64,000 bases of DNA, taken from assembly GCF_044704955.1 (NCBI RefSeq), contig NC_091991.1, positions 181,288,001 to 181,352,000 of the forward strand, in the 5' to 3' direction. The notes under the pieces are model-generated. The model was not told the DNA's origin. It made no database searches and saw nothing but the letters and a program-made list of their open reading frames with translations. This stretch comes from Pristiophorus japonicus. Taxonomy: Eukaryota. Positions 51,793 to 64,000 of this stretch are shown here, in pieces. Each line of letters opens with the position of its first letter. The stretch's first letter is position 1. The position numbers and the translations under genes were made by a program.

Positions 51793-52004
51793 TCAGAGCC
51801 CGCGAGTCGGTGCAAGGGACGGACGCGCCGCTCACTTTGCCTCCGGGTCCTGCCGCTGTGCCGAGCCGCCCCCGCTCCCAAACTCTCAGCCTCCCGGCCC
51901 GAGCACCACCCGAGCCCGAGGCTGCAGCCGCCCGGGAATTACAGGCCCGCCAACCCCGCGCTTGTTTCACCCCGCCCCCCGCCTCCCCTCTCAGCGACCG
52001 GGCA

Positions 52005-63143
<11,139 letters not shown>

Positions 63144-63241
63144 AAACCGGCGCGACTGACTGACCGATTGACCTGTGTCTGCCCCACCGGCGAGGCTGGA
63201 CCAATTCTTTCCGTTTTTGGGGGCCCGACAAAGTTTGTGTA

Positions 63242-63284
63242 AATAAATTCACTCTCTTTTGTAAAGCTCGGTTTTTGTATTAAA
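63242..63284 (+). terminator. PLK1 proximal poly(A) signals (AATAAA 63242-63247, ATTAAA 63279-63284)
   Basis: Hexamers ~100-140 nt after the stop, followed by GT/T-rich sequence. Confidence 0.55.
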
Positions 63285-63927
63285 ACACTTTATTTTGAAA
63301 TATCTGGTGTGTTTTGGATCGAGTTGGGAAGAGCGGGAGCGTGATGTCTCCATTATGTGTAGTGACTTGAGGCAGATGGGATCATGTAAATTGTAAGCTG
63401 TACATTGTGTGCTATCAAACTTGCTTTTTCACTCCTCTCTTTGTGCAGGTGTTCTCCTCTAGCTGTTCCATTCACGCCCAAATGTCACACAGCACTTTAC
63501 AATTCTGAGTTCCACTGCTTCTCGGGCAGCAGTTGCCATGGCCACTTTCTCGCCCACTTTCTGTTTTCCTGCTCCTTATTCTGACAGACCTGAAACCCTG
63601 TTCATTTCTGAGATGTGGAGCTCCTGTAGTTGGAAGAGCTGCAGGATATTTCCTAGCTAGTTGGTGCTCTTGCATGGTAAGGAGGATGTTGTGACTGAGT
63701 CCAGTTTGGTGTATAGTTGTGTTTGGATGAGACTGAAGCAGGCACCTCGCACAATGTGAATGTCTTTCTCTTTGGCCCTGTATTTCTATCGCAGAAACTC
63801 TACTATACCAAGGACAGCTGGACACACTTTTTCGGAACCACTTTCTGTACAGCTATTGACGCCAGTCAACGGGAGAACATTTTGTACCTAATGCAATTTT
63901 TTTTTTTAATGTAACATATATTTTAAA

Positions 63928-63933
63928 AATAAA
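63928..63933 (+). terminator. Candidate distal PLK1 poly(A) signal AATAAA
   Basis: Hexamer in AT-rich context with downstream GT-rich TATGTGTTGTC. Confidence 0.5.
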
Positions 63934-64000
63934 GATATGTTCTTCAGTATGTGTTGTCTTACATAACTTGCAGTGTAAGGTGGAATTAAAAAACCTGTTT

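Noticed and set aside
51810-52004. N-terminal extension of PLK1 from a GTG start
   Set aside because: GC-rich 5' UTR is open by chance; ATG 52005 gives MSA..., matching the orthologous N-terminus.

Overview
Eukaryotic, repeat-rich vertebrate DNA. The DeuSINE/SacSINE-like SINEs, CR1/L2 LINEs and short satellite look like a shark or other cartilaginous fish (inference; species not determinable). The window holds the conserved vertebrate block PALB2(-) / DCTN5(+) / PLK1(+). PALB2 has 12 coding exons visible (20423 down to 870, 1203 codons), and its last WD40 exons lie left of the window. It is head-to-head with a complete 6-exon DCTN5 (182 aa) across a 431-bp CpG-rich bidirectional promoter. PLK1 is complete (11 coding exons, 586 aa). 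All exon boundaries were read by hand as GT-AG with consistent phases. Introns contain a degenerate 4.5-kb Gypsy LTR retrotransposon nested in a SINE, two related solo LTRs, TIR elements, many CR1/L2 fragments and several minisatellites. The most striking observation is the PLK1 proximal promoter: a 42-43-bp tandem array giving ten near-phased CCAAT boxes, nine of them paired with a GC-rich element and a CHR-like TTTAAA, just upstream of a canonical CDE/CHR. Tandem expansions also cluster around both CpG-island promoters. PALB2 and PLK1 each have one more intron than the human genes. A weakly supported orphan spliced ORF lies between DCTN5 and PLK1. No CRISPR array, rRNA or genuine tRNA gene was found.
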